A DNA stretch of 64,000 nucleotides, taken from assembly GCA_037443785.1 (NCBI GenBank), contig JBBINR010000002.1, positions 92,820 through 156,819 of the forward strand, in the 5' to 3' direction. Below are positions 29,795 to 39,209 of the stretch, piece by piece; position 1 is the stretch's first letter, and each line of letters starts with the position of its first letter. This stretch comes from Ignavibacteriales bacterium (GTDB lineage: Bacteria > Bacteroidota > Ignavibacteria > UBA10030 > UBA8401). Position numbers and translations under genes: made by a program. Under the pieces are notes generated by a model. That model was not told where the DNA came from and made no database searches. It saw nothing but the letters and a program-made list of their open reading frames with translations.

Positions 29795-30997
29795 TTATTT
29801 TTTCAACCTAACAATTAAATTCTTCAAATTATTCAATAGTTCGTCATATAATATTATATCTACATTTTTTAATGAACTAGCTAATAGCCTAAAATCATCT
29901 TCCGTTTTTTTGTTTCCTTCAAATTGTTGACTATTTCCAACTACAATAAAACCGCGCGGTCGAACAATCTTAACATTTAAATCATATTTGTCATTAATAA
30001 TTTCAATTACATCTTTCTCTTTTTTCACCATCATTTGAATATATTTTTCCGTTTGAATAATGGCTCTATTTACTTCAGTATCCCAATAATAATTATCTCG
30101 ACTTGAATCGTGCTTAAGTAAATTGGTATTAGGTTTTTTAATTTCAAAAATATCTGTGTAACCATAAACATTTATTAGCATGAAATCTGGATACTTCCCC
30201 CTCAAATCAACACTTTGCTTTTCTACTGTTTGTATATAGGAAGTATTAAACAAGAGAATATATTTTTGTAAAAATCTCTGCCAATCTGATTCAGATAAAC
30301 TAGGGTTTTGTAATCTTTTTTCAAATTCATTAACCACGGATTCTAAATATACACGCTCATTCTTCCTTTTATTTCTCTCTGCTAATGCAATAGAACTGAA
30401 TTTTACTGAACCTTCTTTGGCTATCTTGTCATAAATCTCGGTAATACTCTCCACATCTTTTTTGGAAAGTTTTTCAAAGATTTTATCGTCACTTCCTAAT
30501 ATTTTCGAAATTTTATCATCTTCATAAGTAAAAATCGTTTCTATCTTCTGTGTCTTCTTATAATGTTTGGGAAACAGTTCACAAAGTATGGAAGTAACAT
30601 GTTGATTTGATTTTATATTCCTTTCTTTCCCGAGTAATTTCAGTGGTTCTAATATTCTTAAATAATCTTGATGATTTAAAATTATTTTGGATTCATCGCC
30701 TTTATTAATTTCAGACTTTCTTTTGCTTGTAACTATTAGTTTAACATCATTTCCAAACCTCTCTTGGAGTATATTTGTTAAATATGTTCCTGCTGGCTTA
30801 CCAAAACCGTAACCATCAGAATAAAAACCTTTAGGTAATTTATTAAAACCAATAAATGATATTTTTTTGCAAAACTTATAAAAGCCACAATCGGGATATA
30901 CGTAGTATGACCCTTTATCTTTGCTAAATTCATAGACAAGTAAACCAGTTTTTTTACTGGTATGTTTTACTGCGGAAGTATCTTTTTGACGAGCCAT
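29795..30997 (-). CDS. sduA: Shedu anti-phage nuclease (DUF4263)
   Basis: ESDWQRFL, YPDFML, IFEIKKP (PD-(D/E)xK), AIIQTEKY, RPRGFIVVG, ILYDELL; AT-rich gene. Confidence 0.88.
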   Translation of the reverse strand: MARQKDTSAVKHTSKKTGLLVYEFSKDKGSYYVYPDCGFYKFCKKISFIGFNKLPKGFYSDGYGFGKPAGTYLTNILQERFGNDVKLIVTSKRKSEINKGDESKIILNHQDYLRILEPLKLLGKERNIKSNQHVTSILCELFPKHYKKTQKIETIFTYEDDKISKILGSDDKIFEKLSKKDVESITEIYDKIAKEGSVKFSSIALAERNKRKNERVYLESVVNEFEKRLQNPSLSESDWQRFLQKYILLFNTSYIQTVEKQSVDLRGKYPDFMLINVYGYTDIFEIKKPNTNLLKHDSSRDNYYWDTEVNRAIIQTEKYIQMMVKKEKDVIEIINDKYDLNVKIVRPRGFIVVGNSQQFEGNKKTEDDFRLLASSLKNVDIILYDELLNNLKNLIVRLKK

Positions 30998-31119
30998 TGC
31001 TCTTATTTCCTATTCTTTTTCACTTTCCATCACTTCCGCAAATCAATTATTTCGAGATGTCCGGTGATGAGTGATTTCATTTAGGATATTTGTTTTCGTG
31101 CGATGGGAATTAACAACCC

Positions 31120-34116
31120 TTATTCGATATTAATTTTATCAATTTCACCCATCAATTTTTCTGTTTCAGTCAATGCAACAATAATCTTTTGATAATGCCG
31201 AATTTCATCAACGCTCAGTTCTCTATCTTTACGATCTTTTAACCATTTTTGCGCGGGCTGATAACCGCCGATATAAAACTCCCATGCTGATTCCGGCACA
31301 TTAGCAAAGTATTGTTTTGCGTTGATGAATACTTTTTTCTGCTCGTATGTGATTTTCTCAACAACATTGTTTCCATCATTAGGATATTTGGTGATGAACT
31401 TTTCTACCGCAGGACTCTCTAACAAATGGATTTGACGAAGTTTACCACCAAGTTCAACTAATTGCCAAAAGATTTTCTTGTCTGTTGGATAGGGAACGCG
31501 CGGGAAATCTATCTTTAAGAATTCTTTGTATTTTTTACGATATGTTGGACTATGCAATACCGCATAGATGTAATCTAAAATATCGATTGGAGCGAATGTA
31601 TTTCTAGTGTTTTCCTTTTCATTTGTAAACTTTAATTCAAGAGTTTTTCCAATCCTTTGGATTAATTCCATATTAAAATTGGGAGTTCTATCGTTTTTAC
31701 TATAAAGATCAGATTGATCAATATTCTCAGGATATGTATAGAGTGGAAAAGCGTTCATAGAATCTGCTGCGGAATCAAGAAGATGTCTATCTGAAATGGT
31801 ATTTGAAATAAATACATAACCTAAACTTAATTGTCTGTTTATGGATGTAATTTGTAAAGCAAAGTTCTTGTGAAGCATATGCTTCATTACATCATATCTC
31901 GCTCTTTGTAGAGTTTTGTTGTCAAAGATAATATATCTCGTATCGAATGGTCTATAAGAATATGGCTGTGGAGTAAAATTAAATTTTTTCCTCAATGCTT
32001 CTGGTGAGAACGAAACCAATTCTGAATCTTTACCAGTTGCTATTCCAACATTAGTAATTTGTATTAACTCGTCCAGTTTGAAACCCTGGGCATATCTACT
32101 TTCAGACTTAAACGTTTTATTAATGAAGTAAAAATTATTTTTATCCGTTTTTACAGTTTCCCAATTAATATTCTTTATTGATTTAGCAAGCATAAATCCG
32201 TATTTATCATCTCGTTTTCCCCACAAATCTAGATGATGAATTTTACCTAATGCACCTTTAGTCTTGCTCGTTTTCACAAAAATATTTATACTAACACCCT
32301 GCATTATATCAAACACATTTTGATCAATCGACCCATCGGGTGCAGTTTCTTTTTTCTTTGCGTTACCATGTAAATCTAAAATATAAATCTTATCAAACGT
32401 TTCTAACAAATGTTTTCGCATTTGGCGGTGTATTAACCCATCAATAAAACTGTTGTTGGAGATGTACGCTAAAATCCCTTCGCCATTCTTATCTATAAAA
32501 TGTTCTCCAAAACGGATAAACTTTATATAATCGTCTGAAAGAGGCTGTATGTTTTTTTCGTTCAGATCTTTTTTATAATCTGCAATTAAATCTTCAATCC
32601 ATTTACTTTTGTTGCTACTGCTAACAGAATATGGAGGATTGCCAAGAACAACCATTACCGGCGTATCCCGTTTTATTTGGTTTGCTTCGTTTGCTTCCGT
32701 ACTTAACCAATTAGCAAAATTAGTTCCAGTTAAAATAATATGATCTTCCAAACTGTTTGTAAGATAAATTTTGAATCGTTGATCGTTGGTTGGTTTGTAA
32801 TCAGTTTCCGCAAAAAGAAGATCGAGCTTTAAATGTGCCATTGCGTAACTTGCCATTAATAGTTCAAAACCGTTCAGGCGCGGAATTAAATGATGTTCCA
32901 CATATTTATTCCACGTACCTTTTTGCCCTTCAAACTTCTTGTAAATTTGTTTTACTATTTCCGCTAAAAATGTTCCTGTTCCCGTAGCAGGATCAAGTAT
33001 CTGAACTTTGTGGACTTCCTGCTCTATTTTCTTCCCTTGCACATCAATGGTGATCTTTGTTTTCGAATTATCTGCTAACCCTTGCGGTAAACCAAATTCT
33101 TTTTTCAGAATGTCATCCACCGCACGAACGATAAAATTGACAACCGATTCGGGTGTGTACCACACGCCGCGCGCTTTGCGCAATTTCGGGTCGTATTCGG
33201 CAAGGAATGTTTCGTAAAAGTGAATAATTGGGTCTTGTGTTTGTGTTGTCTTTCCAAAATTTTTCAACAGTTCCGCAACATCGGTTGCACGAAATAGGTC
33301 GGCTAATTGATCAACAATCCAGTCAATGCGTTTATCTAAATCGTACCCTGCAATGTATTGAAACAGTTTTCGCAAGAAAGGATTTGTTTTTGGTATCAGT
33401 TCAGCTGCTTCCTGCCTGCTGAACGATTCTAAACTTGGGTCGTGCGACCGCGCGGCAAACATTCCATATGCAATGGTTTGTGCGTAAATATCTGCAAACT
33501 CTTTTGCTGTAATGTCGTGAATAAGGATTTGCTGAAATGCTTTTAGTTGTTCTTTCAGAGAGCTGTTTTCCTGATTCTCTTCGTCGCTCTGCAAAGCTTT
33601 TTCAATGATACCGGAAAGCAAACGGGCTTTCCCTGCCATCATTTCTGCAAGTTTTTTGGAGCTCTTGATCGTTTGTCCTTGATATGCGCAGAAATTCTTT
33701 ATCAAGTTTTCAAACTCACCAAAGTTCTTTGTCAGCGCAACTATTTTCTTGTTCTGCACTTCAGCAATCCGAACGGAAAGAACAAACACACCATCAACGT
33801 AGAGATGAAAGTCTAAATAATCAGTAATAATAAGATTATTTAACGAAGCGCGATACCGATCAAATTGCTCTTGGTAATTCTTATCGTTAAGATCGGCTCC
33901 GATATCTTTTGCTTCAATGGATCCGACTGGAATATTTTTTTTGGTAATAATGTAATCCGGTGCTCCACAGGCAACGCGTGAAGGCTCATTAGTTACTAAA
34001 ATCTTTGGGGCTAATGACTCTAAAAGATTCTGCAAATCACCCCGGAAAGTATGCTCTGTGCTAATTCCAGTTTTAAAGCGGGTGTTTATGCTGTTAATGT
34101 ATTGTTGAAGAGTCAT
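31120..34116 (-). CDS. single-chain Type IIG-like restriction-modification enzyme (nuclease, N6-adenine MTase, Type ISP-like specificity domain)
   Basis: N-terminal PDY...IEAK...QFDRY, GVWYTP, ILDPATGTGTF, GNPPY, YRPFD, FPRVP, IGGYQPAQKWLKDRK; no helicase motifs. Confidence 0.88.
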   Translation of the reverse strand: MTLQQYINSINTRFKTGISTEHTFRGDLQNLLESLAPKILVTNEPSRVACGAPDYIITKKNIPVGSIEAKDIGADLNDKNYQEQFDRYRASLNNLIITDYLDFHLYVDGVFVLSVRIAEVQNKKIVALTKNFGEFENLIKNFCAYQGQTIKSSKKLAEMMAGKARLLSGIIEKALQSDEENQENSSLKEQLKAFQQILIHDITAKEFADIYAQTIAYGMFAARSHDPSLESFSRQEAAELIPKTNPFLRKLFQYIAGYDLDKRIDWIVDQLADLFRATDVAELLKNFGKTTQTQDPIIHFYETFLAEYDPKLRKARGVWYTPESVVNFIVRAVDDILKKEFGLPQGLADNSKTKITIDVQGKKIEQEVHKVQILDPATGTGTFLAEIVKQIYKKFEGQKGTWNKYVEHHLIPRLNGFELLMASYAMAHLKLDLLFAETDYKPTNDQRFKIYLTNSLEDHIILTGTNFANWLSTEANEANQIKRDTPVMVVLGNPPYSVSSSNKSKWIEDLIADYKKDLNEKNIQPLSDDYIKFIRFGEHFIDKNGEGILAYISNNSFIDGLIHRQMRKHLLETFDKIYILDLHGNAKKKETAPDGSIDQNVFDIMQGVSINIFVKTSKTKGALGKIHHLDLWGKRDDKYGFMLAKSIKNINWETVKTDKNNFYFINKTFKSESRYAQGFKLDELIQITNVGIATGKDSELVSFSPEALRKKFNFTPQPYSYRPFDTRYIIFDNKTLQRARYDVMKHMLHKNFALQITSINRQLSLGYVFISNTISDRHLLDSAADSMNAFPLYTYPENIDQSDLYSKNDRTPNFNMELIQRIGKTLELKFTNEKENTRNTFAPIDILDYIYAVLHSPTYRKKYKEFLKIDFPRVPYPTDKKIFWQLVELGGKLRQIHLLESPAVEKFITKYPNDGNNVVEKITYEQKKVFINAKQYFANVPESAWEFYIGGYQPAQKWLKDRKDRELSVDEIRHYQKIIVALTETEKLMGEIDKINIE

Positions 34117-34166
34117 CGTTATGTTTCACTTTCAAGATACAATTACAAAAAAATCACTGCCAATTT

Positions 34167-34476
34167 TTCTCCCCCTAATAGGAGGAGAATACAAGACGGG
34201 AGCGTTCTCTGCGGACCAACGCTCTAAACATAGCATTTTTGCATTGTTCTTTCAACCATTTGCCTGTAACAAAAACGCCCACGCACGCCATTGCACGTGC
34301 GCAGGCTTTCACCCTCCGCTACCCAACGCCTAACACATCACAAACTTCTCTCCCCCCTTCACGTTTTTTGTGAGATTAAGGGGGGAGAGACAGAGAGGGG
34401 GGTCAATCACTTTACATCTTGCATTGAAAAATATTCTTTCTCCCACTGTAAAGGGGGGAGAATACAAGAGGGGGTT
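34167..34476. repeat. three degenerate CTCCCC...GGGGAG palindromic repeats
   Basis: copies at about 34167, 34346 and 34438; two share GGAGAATACAAGAnGGG. Confidence 0.65.
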
Positions 34477-34485
34477 CGAGTTAAT

Positions 34486-34731
34486 TTACCCCGGCGATTG
34501 CGTCGGATCTTTTTTCTTTGGATATGTCCGTTCTTCCTGTATCGTGCCATCCAGTTTTTTAATCTTTACTGACCCGCCGTCACTCCCCAGCGCTTTCTTT
34601 AGCACACCACCTTGTGTTGCTTTTTCTTTTGTATCAAAGGTCTTTTTTATCGTATCACTCTTATCACGTTTTAAATCCCATTGATCATGCTTTTTATCAT
34701 GACTCAATGTATACTTTTTGAGATTACCCAT
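34486..34731 (-). CDS. DUF2188 family protein
   Basis: W.LK...FDTKEKA...SVKIKKLDGTIQEERTYP...DP..SPG. Confidence 0.85.
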   Translation of the reverse strand: MGNLKKYTLSHDKKHDQWDLKRDKSDTIKKTFDTKEKATQGGVLKKALGSDGGSVKIKKLDGTIQEERTYPKKKDPTQSPG

Positions 34732-34771
34732 AACAGTACTCTTTTCTTGTTTTAGTTTAGTAAATACACTC

Positions 34772-34816
34772 ACCTTGCGAAGGTTTTGAAATCGTTTTGC
34801 GGAACCTTCGCAAGGT
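34772..34816. repeat. REP-like inverted repeat
   Basis: ACCTTGCGAAGGTT ... AACCTTCGCAAGGT, perfect 14-bp arms. Confidence 0.75.
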
Positions 34817-34831
34817 TTCCCAACACCGCTT

Positions 34832-34866
34832 TTGTTAACTGTTAATTGTTCATTGTTAATTGTTTC
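34832..34866. repeat. heptamer tandem repeat (TTGTTAA-type x5)
   Basis: ttgttaa ctgttaa ttgttca ttgttaa ttgtttc. Confidence 0.7.
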
Positions 34867-35542
34867 ATTGCCCCGCAGGTTTCACCGGCTCTTCTTTCTT
34901 CACCGCCGCACTCCGTCCCGCCGGAATCGGCTCAAACTCAACCAGCACATCTTTCCGCCCCGCAAAAATCACCTTCGCAGTGTTCCTGATTTTTTTCATC
35001 ACCCCTCGCAATCCGTTCATCGCTTCATCCCGCGCTGTGGTTGCATTCTTTTGTACCTTCTTGGCGTTCTCCTGTTTCACATCCACATCCGAAAGCGCTT
35101 GTGTAATGGTATCGAACTCCGTCAGATCGGCATCTTTAAATCCGCTCTTGGCAAGTTCCGTTTTGTTCGTTGCGGCAGTGCTTTTCATATAACTCAGCTC
35201 CGTTACCATTGCTTTCACGGTAGTCAGAGAATTTCCGCCGACATGAAATTCCTTCATCCGCTGTCTATCGTTTTCACCAAACGCCGCTTTCGCCGCGTTC
35301 TGCGTTTTACGGATATGTGCAAGCCCGCGCTCCATCCCTTTATTTTGCTGCGCCGTCAGATCGGCAACAGTCTGCATTGCCGTTTTTTGCATCGTATCTT
35401 TTGTCGTTGCATCGGCAATCGTAGTTGTTAATGATTGAATATCCTCCGCACTGATACCGTCGCCGGATGCCCCCGCCGCATATTTGGTTGACGTGCCGAG
35501 AAGAACATTTCCCTCTTGCACGGTCGCATCGAGTTTTTCCAT
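34865..35542 (-). CDS. hypothetical all-alpha protein with internal two-fold duplication
   Basis: SD AGGAGG; both halves share G....D...D..Q..A...T...M...K..N.AK..F...EF. Confidence 0.8.
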   Translation of the reverse strand: MEKLDATVQEGNVLLGTSTKYAAGASGDGISAEDIQSLTTTIADATTKDTMQKTAMQTVADLTAQQNKGMERGLAHIRKTQNAAKAAFGENDRQRMKEFHVGGNSLTTVKAMVTELSYMKSTAATNKTELAKSGFKDADLTEFDTITQALSDVDVKQENAKKVQKNATTARDEAMNGLRGVMKKIRNTAKVIFAGRKDVLVEFEPIPAGRSAAVKKEEPVKPAGQ

Positions 35543-36206
35543 GAAAAACCTCCTGGTATGTTAGTGGATAAAAATGCCCCGGACCTTTTCCGAGTGCATT
35601 AAAAATATTAGTCATGGTGAGCAAGTGATGCGTTGTATACATCACGAGTCGAACCATCCAAAAAATAATCGGCATGTTGAGCGTAGCGAAGCATCCATTT
35701 TTTTCTAATGAAATTCGATCTATGAGCACCAGCCCGAAATCGTCGTCGATGCGCACTATGGGAAGATTCAATCAGGAGCGAATTAATCACGTCACCGGCG
35801 TGATTCCGGCTTTGTGCGCCCGCGATTGAATCGCGCGTTACGATTTCGAAAAGATTTCTTTGTTCCTTTCTTTCTCGGAAAGAAAGGAACATCACTTTTT
35901 CAATCACCCAGATTTCTCTCATTTCTCTTTTTCCTTCTGACGTTGTTCATCTCTCACTTTTGCTAATAGCTAATCGTCAACACACAACCGTTGCTTTAAA
36001 AAAATAGATTTCTTCAAGACGTGTAGTTTCTGGATTCCGTCTCACAATCCGACGAAATGACAAAACCTCTCTAACTTTCGCTAAGAGCAAATAGCCAATA
36101 TCTGACAGTCGCTTTTATATTGTATTATGAGGAATAAAACTACCGTCCAACCCCGCAGAACCAGCCCCAATTCGCCGAAAAACCATACAACCGCCGATTT
36201 TAGTGG

Positions 36207-36340
36207 AAATTCGCCAAAATATACCCCCAGAAACCCCAAACAACCCTTCAGAAATGCAAAACAACTCTCCGGAAACACCAAACAACCCTTCCGAAACGCC
36301 AAACATCTCCCCAGAAATATCAAATAATTCATTCAGAAAT
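36207..36340. repeat. degenerate 21-nt tandem repeat (about 6 units)
   Basis: aaaccccaaacaacccttcag / aaatgcaaaacaactctccgg / aaacaccaaacaacccttccg / aaacgccaaacatctccccag at 36231-36314 plus flanking partial units. Confidence 0.8.
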
Positions 36341-36342
36341 AT

Positions 36343-36684
36343 TTAAAACACAAATTCACCGACGAATTTGCCGTCGATAAACAACTCTACAGTTTGTTCG
36401 TGGGTTTGCGGGTTGAGAAACATCGATGCTTTTACCGCTTTTCCGTGGTATTCGGCATTGTATTCCAACTTTTTGTCGCCGCCGCATTTTCCGGCAATAA
36501 TAAGATCGTCGTCGATACTGATTTTAATTTCTTTGCTTAACCATGTCCTGTCCTGCCACACGCGTACTTTTACTTCGCTTCCTGCTTCGGTTGAAAAGTT
36601 CCAGAGAACAGAATGGGATGTGATACATGCCGAAAAAGTAATGGCAAGGAACACGGCAACAACAACGATGGAATGTGTTTTCAT
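36343..36684 (-). CDS. small hypothetical lipoprotein
   Basis: GAGG SD, signal peptide with lipobox FSAC, beta-rich mature part. Confidence 0.7.
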   Translation of the reverse strand: MKTHSIVVVAVFLAITFSACITSHSVLWNFSTEAGSEVKVRVWQDRTWLSKEIKISIDDDLIIAGKCGGDKKLEYNAEYHGKAVKASMFLNPQTHEQTVELFIDGKFVGEFVF

Positions 36685-36893
36685 GTTTTTCCTCAGTGTT
36701 GAAGTATTGAATGAGAATGTTATTGCTGACTCTGTCAGCCAAAAAGAGGGAAGTGTGAAAAGGCGCCGGAGTCAATTTTTATTGTGTAGAATGTATTGAT
36801 AAAAAATCTTTTCGTCAATAGAAATTCTTTTATTTAAAGAGTCATTGCTCTGAATCAAAAAGCGTAGAGCGAAGGGAGAGAAACATTTCGCGA

Positions 36894-37724
36894 TTAGTGT
36901 TTGCGTACGGCGAACCAAGGGGAGCCGCGGTAGGAATCCGTTACGATCCATGCGGCGGATGTTAACACCCAAGAACTGACGAACTCGGTCCAATCGGAAG
37001 CATCCGGGTGTGACGTAATAATTGGTACCCACACCAGCAGTGTGAACAAGCCGAGCTGCAGAGCGGAGAGTGCGGCCGCAAGCCGTGCATAGACACCGAT
37101 GATTATCGCTGCGCCTGCCGCGATGAAAGCACAACCGGTGATGATCGCCCATGCAAAATGCCACGGCATCCAGTCGGGCACCATGGAGATGGTTCTTTCG
37201 AGATATGTAAAATGCGCTATGCCGAAAGGGATCAAGCCCAAACCGTAGAGCACCCTTGCAATGCGCACGCCTTTGTCACCCACAGCGAAACTGATATGCT
37301 GACGATCCCAGTCGCGAGCGAACCAGGTATAGAGAATCCACGCGGCCGCTGTCATCACTGCGGTGTCACCGCTTGTCCACCATGCACCGGTGGTTGCAGG
37401 ATAGCAGACGATGAGGGTCACTCTAAAGAGGAGCAGCCACACCAAGAGAGAGCCGAGCAGTACGCGCGATGCTATGGCCGATGTGCGCTGCCACAGTATA
37501 CCGATACCGGATACCAAACAAATAACGGCGCACAGATACGCCAGCGCCAGACGCGCGGGAAGACTCTCCGGCACCCCAGACCATGTCGGGGTGAAATCGC
37601 CTTGCATTAAACCCAAGATTCCTACGGCAGCCATCGTCACCGCAAAAAATGCGTGACCCACGCTTACGATACCGATAGCTTGTGTTTTTACACTGCTCTC
37701 GTTCATTCGATCCATCTGCTCCAT
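36894..37724 (-). CDS. DoxX-like membrane protein (two repeats)
   Basis: 8 TM, FGIAHF...MVPDWMP...TG.AFIAAG, duplicated halves; GC-richer than neighbours. Confidence 0.78.
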   Translation of the reverse strand: MEQMDRMNESSVKTQAIGIVSVGHAFFAVTMAAVGILGLMQGDFTPTWSGVPESLPARLALAYLCAVICLVSGIGILWQRTSAIASRVLLGSLLVWLLLFRVTLIVCYPATTGAWWTSGDTAVMTAAAWILYTWFARDWDRQHISFAVGDKGVRIARVLYGLGLIPFGIAHFTYLERTISMVPDWMPWHFAWAIITGCAFIAAGAAIIIGVYARLAAALSALQLGLFTLLVWVPIITSHPDASDWTEFVSSWVLTSAAWIVTDSYRGSPWFAVRKH

Positions 37725-37833
37725 GCTCTCACTCCTGCTTTTGTTAAAAGGTTCACTTAAAGAAAAATTATTTTCGTATCGTCTCTTGTGTATTGAGCAT
37801 TCACCATTTTCCGTTCACGCGAGCGGGTGGCAT

Positions 37834-37880
37834 GTCGACTTGTCCCGAAGGGACACCTTCGGGGAGCGACCGGTTAGGGC
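37834..37880 (-). mobile_element. truncated attC-like site, copy 1
   Basis: 20 nt after a stop codon: GCCCTAAC-CGGTCGCTC-[hairpin]-AAGTCGAC; 37/44 identical to copy 2. Confidence 0.5.
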
Positions 37881-37900
37881 GTATTGTAATTTTTAAAATA

Positions 37901-38332
37901 TTAGAATATGAACGGAATTATCTTTTTGGTTTTGCGTGAATACTCCGCATAGTCAGGGAAGTGTGTACGCAGAATCTCCTCTTCACTCATGATACGGATT
38001 GAAACTCCGCTTGTAACGATCAAGCCAATCATCACCGTCGCGGTGGATAGATGTCCGAAAATACTTGCCCATATTAATAGTAATGCCGCAGTGTACATTG
38101 GATGTCGAACAAACGCATACGGTCCGGTCGAGAGGAGCGGGCCTTCTTTCGGCTCTGCATCGACACTGAATTGTCCTGCTTGAAAACTTCGCCGCGCCCA
38201 AATACTTATCGCAACCGCCAGTACCTGTGCTGTAATTATGAACGGGGAAGGTGAAAGCAAGTTTCCAGAGGCCAATAAATATACTATCGCTAAAATCAGG
38301 ATAGGAAGAGCAAATTTGGCAATTCGTTTCAT
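37901..38332 (-). CDS. isoprenylcysteine carboxylmethyltransferase (ICMT/PEMT) family protein
   Basis: TGPYAFVRHPMY, EEEIL...Y.EY..KT..IIPF. Confidence 0.9.
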   Translation of the reverse strand: MKRIAKFALPILILAIVYLLASGNLLSPSPFIITAQVLAVAISIWARRSFQAGQFSVDAEPKEGPLLSTGPYAFVRHPMYTAALLLIWASIFGHLSTATVMIGLIVTSGVSIRIMSEEEILRTHFPDYAEYSRKTKKIIPFIF

Positions 38333-38362
38333 TAATGAAAACCTCCTTTGATATATTCAGCG

Positions 38363-38455
38363 GCCTGACGGATCGGAATTCATCCGCTGAACAGCGTGGC
38401 GGATGCACCGTCGGCTTGTCCCGAAGGGATCCCTTCGGGGAGTGACTGATTAAGA
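38363..38455 (-). mobile_element. degenerate attC-like site, copy 2
   Basis: TCTTAAT...CTC-[CCCGAAGGGATCCCTTCGGGAC]-AAGCCGAC...GATCC-GTCAGGC between a stop codon and the next gene's SD. Confidence 0.5.
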
Positions 38456-38459
38456 AGCA

Positions 38460-39047
38460 TTAAATACCGACTGAAAAATAGGCCCCAAGCATATTATAAT
38501 TTTCCACTACAACATAACGAAGATGAATACCGACAGATCCTGTTTCCGTTCTCGTTGTTACTCCAATACCCGGAGCAAAAAAGAATTTTGATACTGTTCC
38601 CTGTGCAAAATGAGGAGTATATTCCGGCGGTTCTTCATATGTTAATTCACCCAAACTACATCCCAATTCAATCTTAAACATTGAAAGATCAATCCTCTGT
38701 CCAATTTCAGGGCCCCAAAACACTGAAGGACCATGACCTTTGACGGAAATACTTCTTGAAAAACCCATATGGTAGAATATTGATACACCTGCAAAGGTCT
38801 TCGTCGAAAATTCAAAATTTCCCCTGACACCAAATCCCAATCCTCTATCATAATTAAAACCATTCCCAATCAACATCTGCGCATTCCAAATGCCAATTAC
38901 GTGACTATCCTTGCCAACACGTTTTTGAACGTTGCCTCCTTCATTGGTATTTGATACTGTATCACCCTCAATTGGAATTGGTTTAGACAGTACCTGTGAT
39001 GAATTGAACATCACTAGTAAAAAGAATAAAACTATTTTTGTCTTCAT
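38460..39047 (-). CDS. hypothetical outer-membrane beta-barrel protein (small, OmpA-TM-like)
   Basis: signal peptide MKTKIVLFF, Gly/aromatic strands, C-terminal YFSVGI. Confidence 0.65.
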   Translation of the reverse strand: MKTKIVLFFLLVMFNSSQVLSKPIPIEGDTVSNTNEGGNVQKRVGKDSHVIGIWNAQMLIGNGFNYDRGLGFGVRGNFEFSTKTFAGVSIFYHMGFSRSISVKGHGPSVFWGPEIGQRIDLSMFKIELGCSLGELTYEEPPEYTPHFAQGTVSKFFFAPGIGVTTRTETGSVGIHLRYVVVENYNMLGAYFSVGI

Positions 39048-39209
39048 TTGGTACGTGATCGAATTTTTATTCACTGTGAAGCACGCAGTCGGTTCTGCCG
39101 GCCCTTGAGATGGAGCGATGAATGATTGCCGGAATCAATATTTTATTGTGTGAATGTAGAGAGAATAAATGTGTTCGTCAACAAGAAAAGTAAGGAATAA
39201 GAAGAAAAG

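Noticed and set aside
31030-31080. 16-codon ORF MKSLITGHLEIIDLRK between R-M and Shedu as an hsdS remnant
   Set aside because: Too short, with an in-frame stop immediately upstream
31120-34116. Full Type ISP or BREX/DISARM system
   Set aside because: No helicase motifs in the protein and no partner genes nearby
34255-34335. Additional attC-like site (GCCTGTAAC ... GCCTAAC) upstream of the R-M gene
   Set aside because: No matching complementary end or convincing stem found by eye
35340-35922. ORFs of 143 and 104 aa on the minus strand
   Set aside because: They read through REP-like DNA, one overlaps the 225-aa gene out of frame, and neither has recognisable motifs
36207-36340. CRISPR array
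   Set aside because: Units are contiguous and degenerate with no unique spacers, and no cas genes are present
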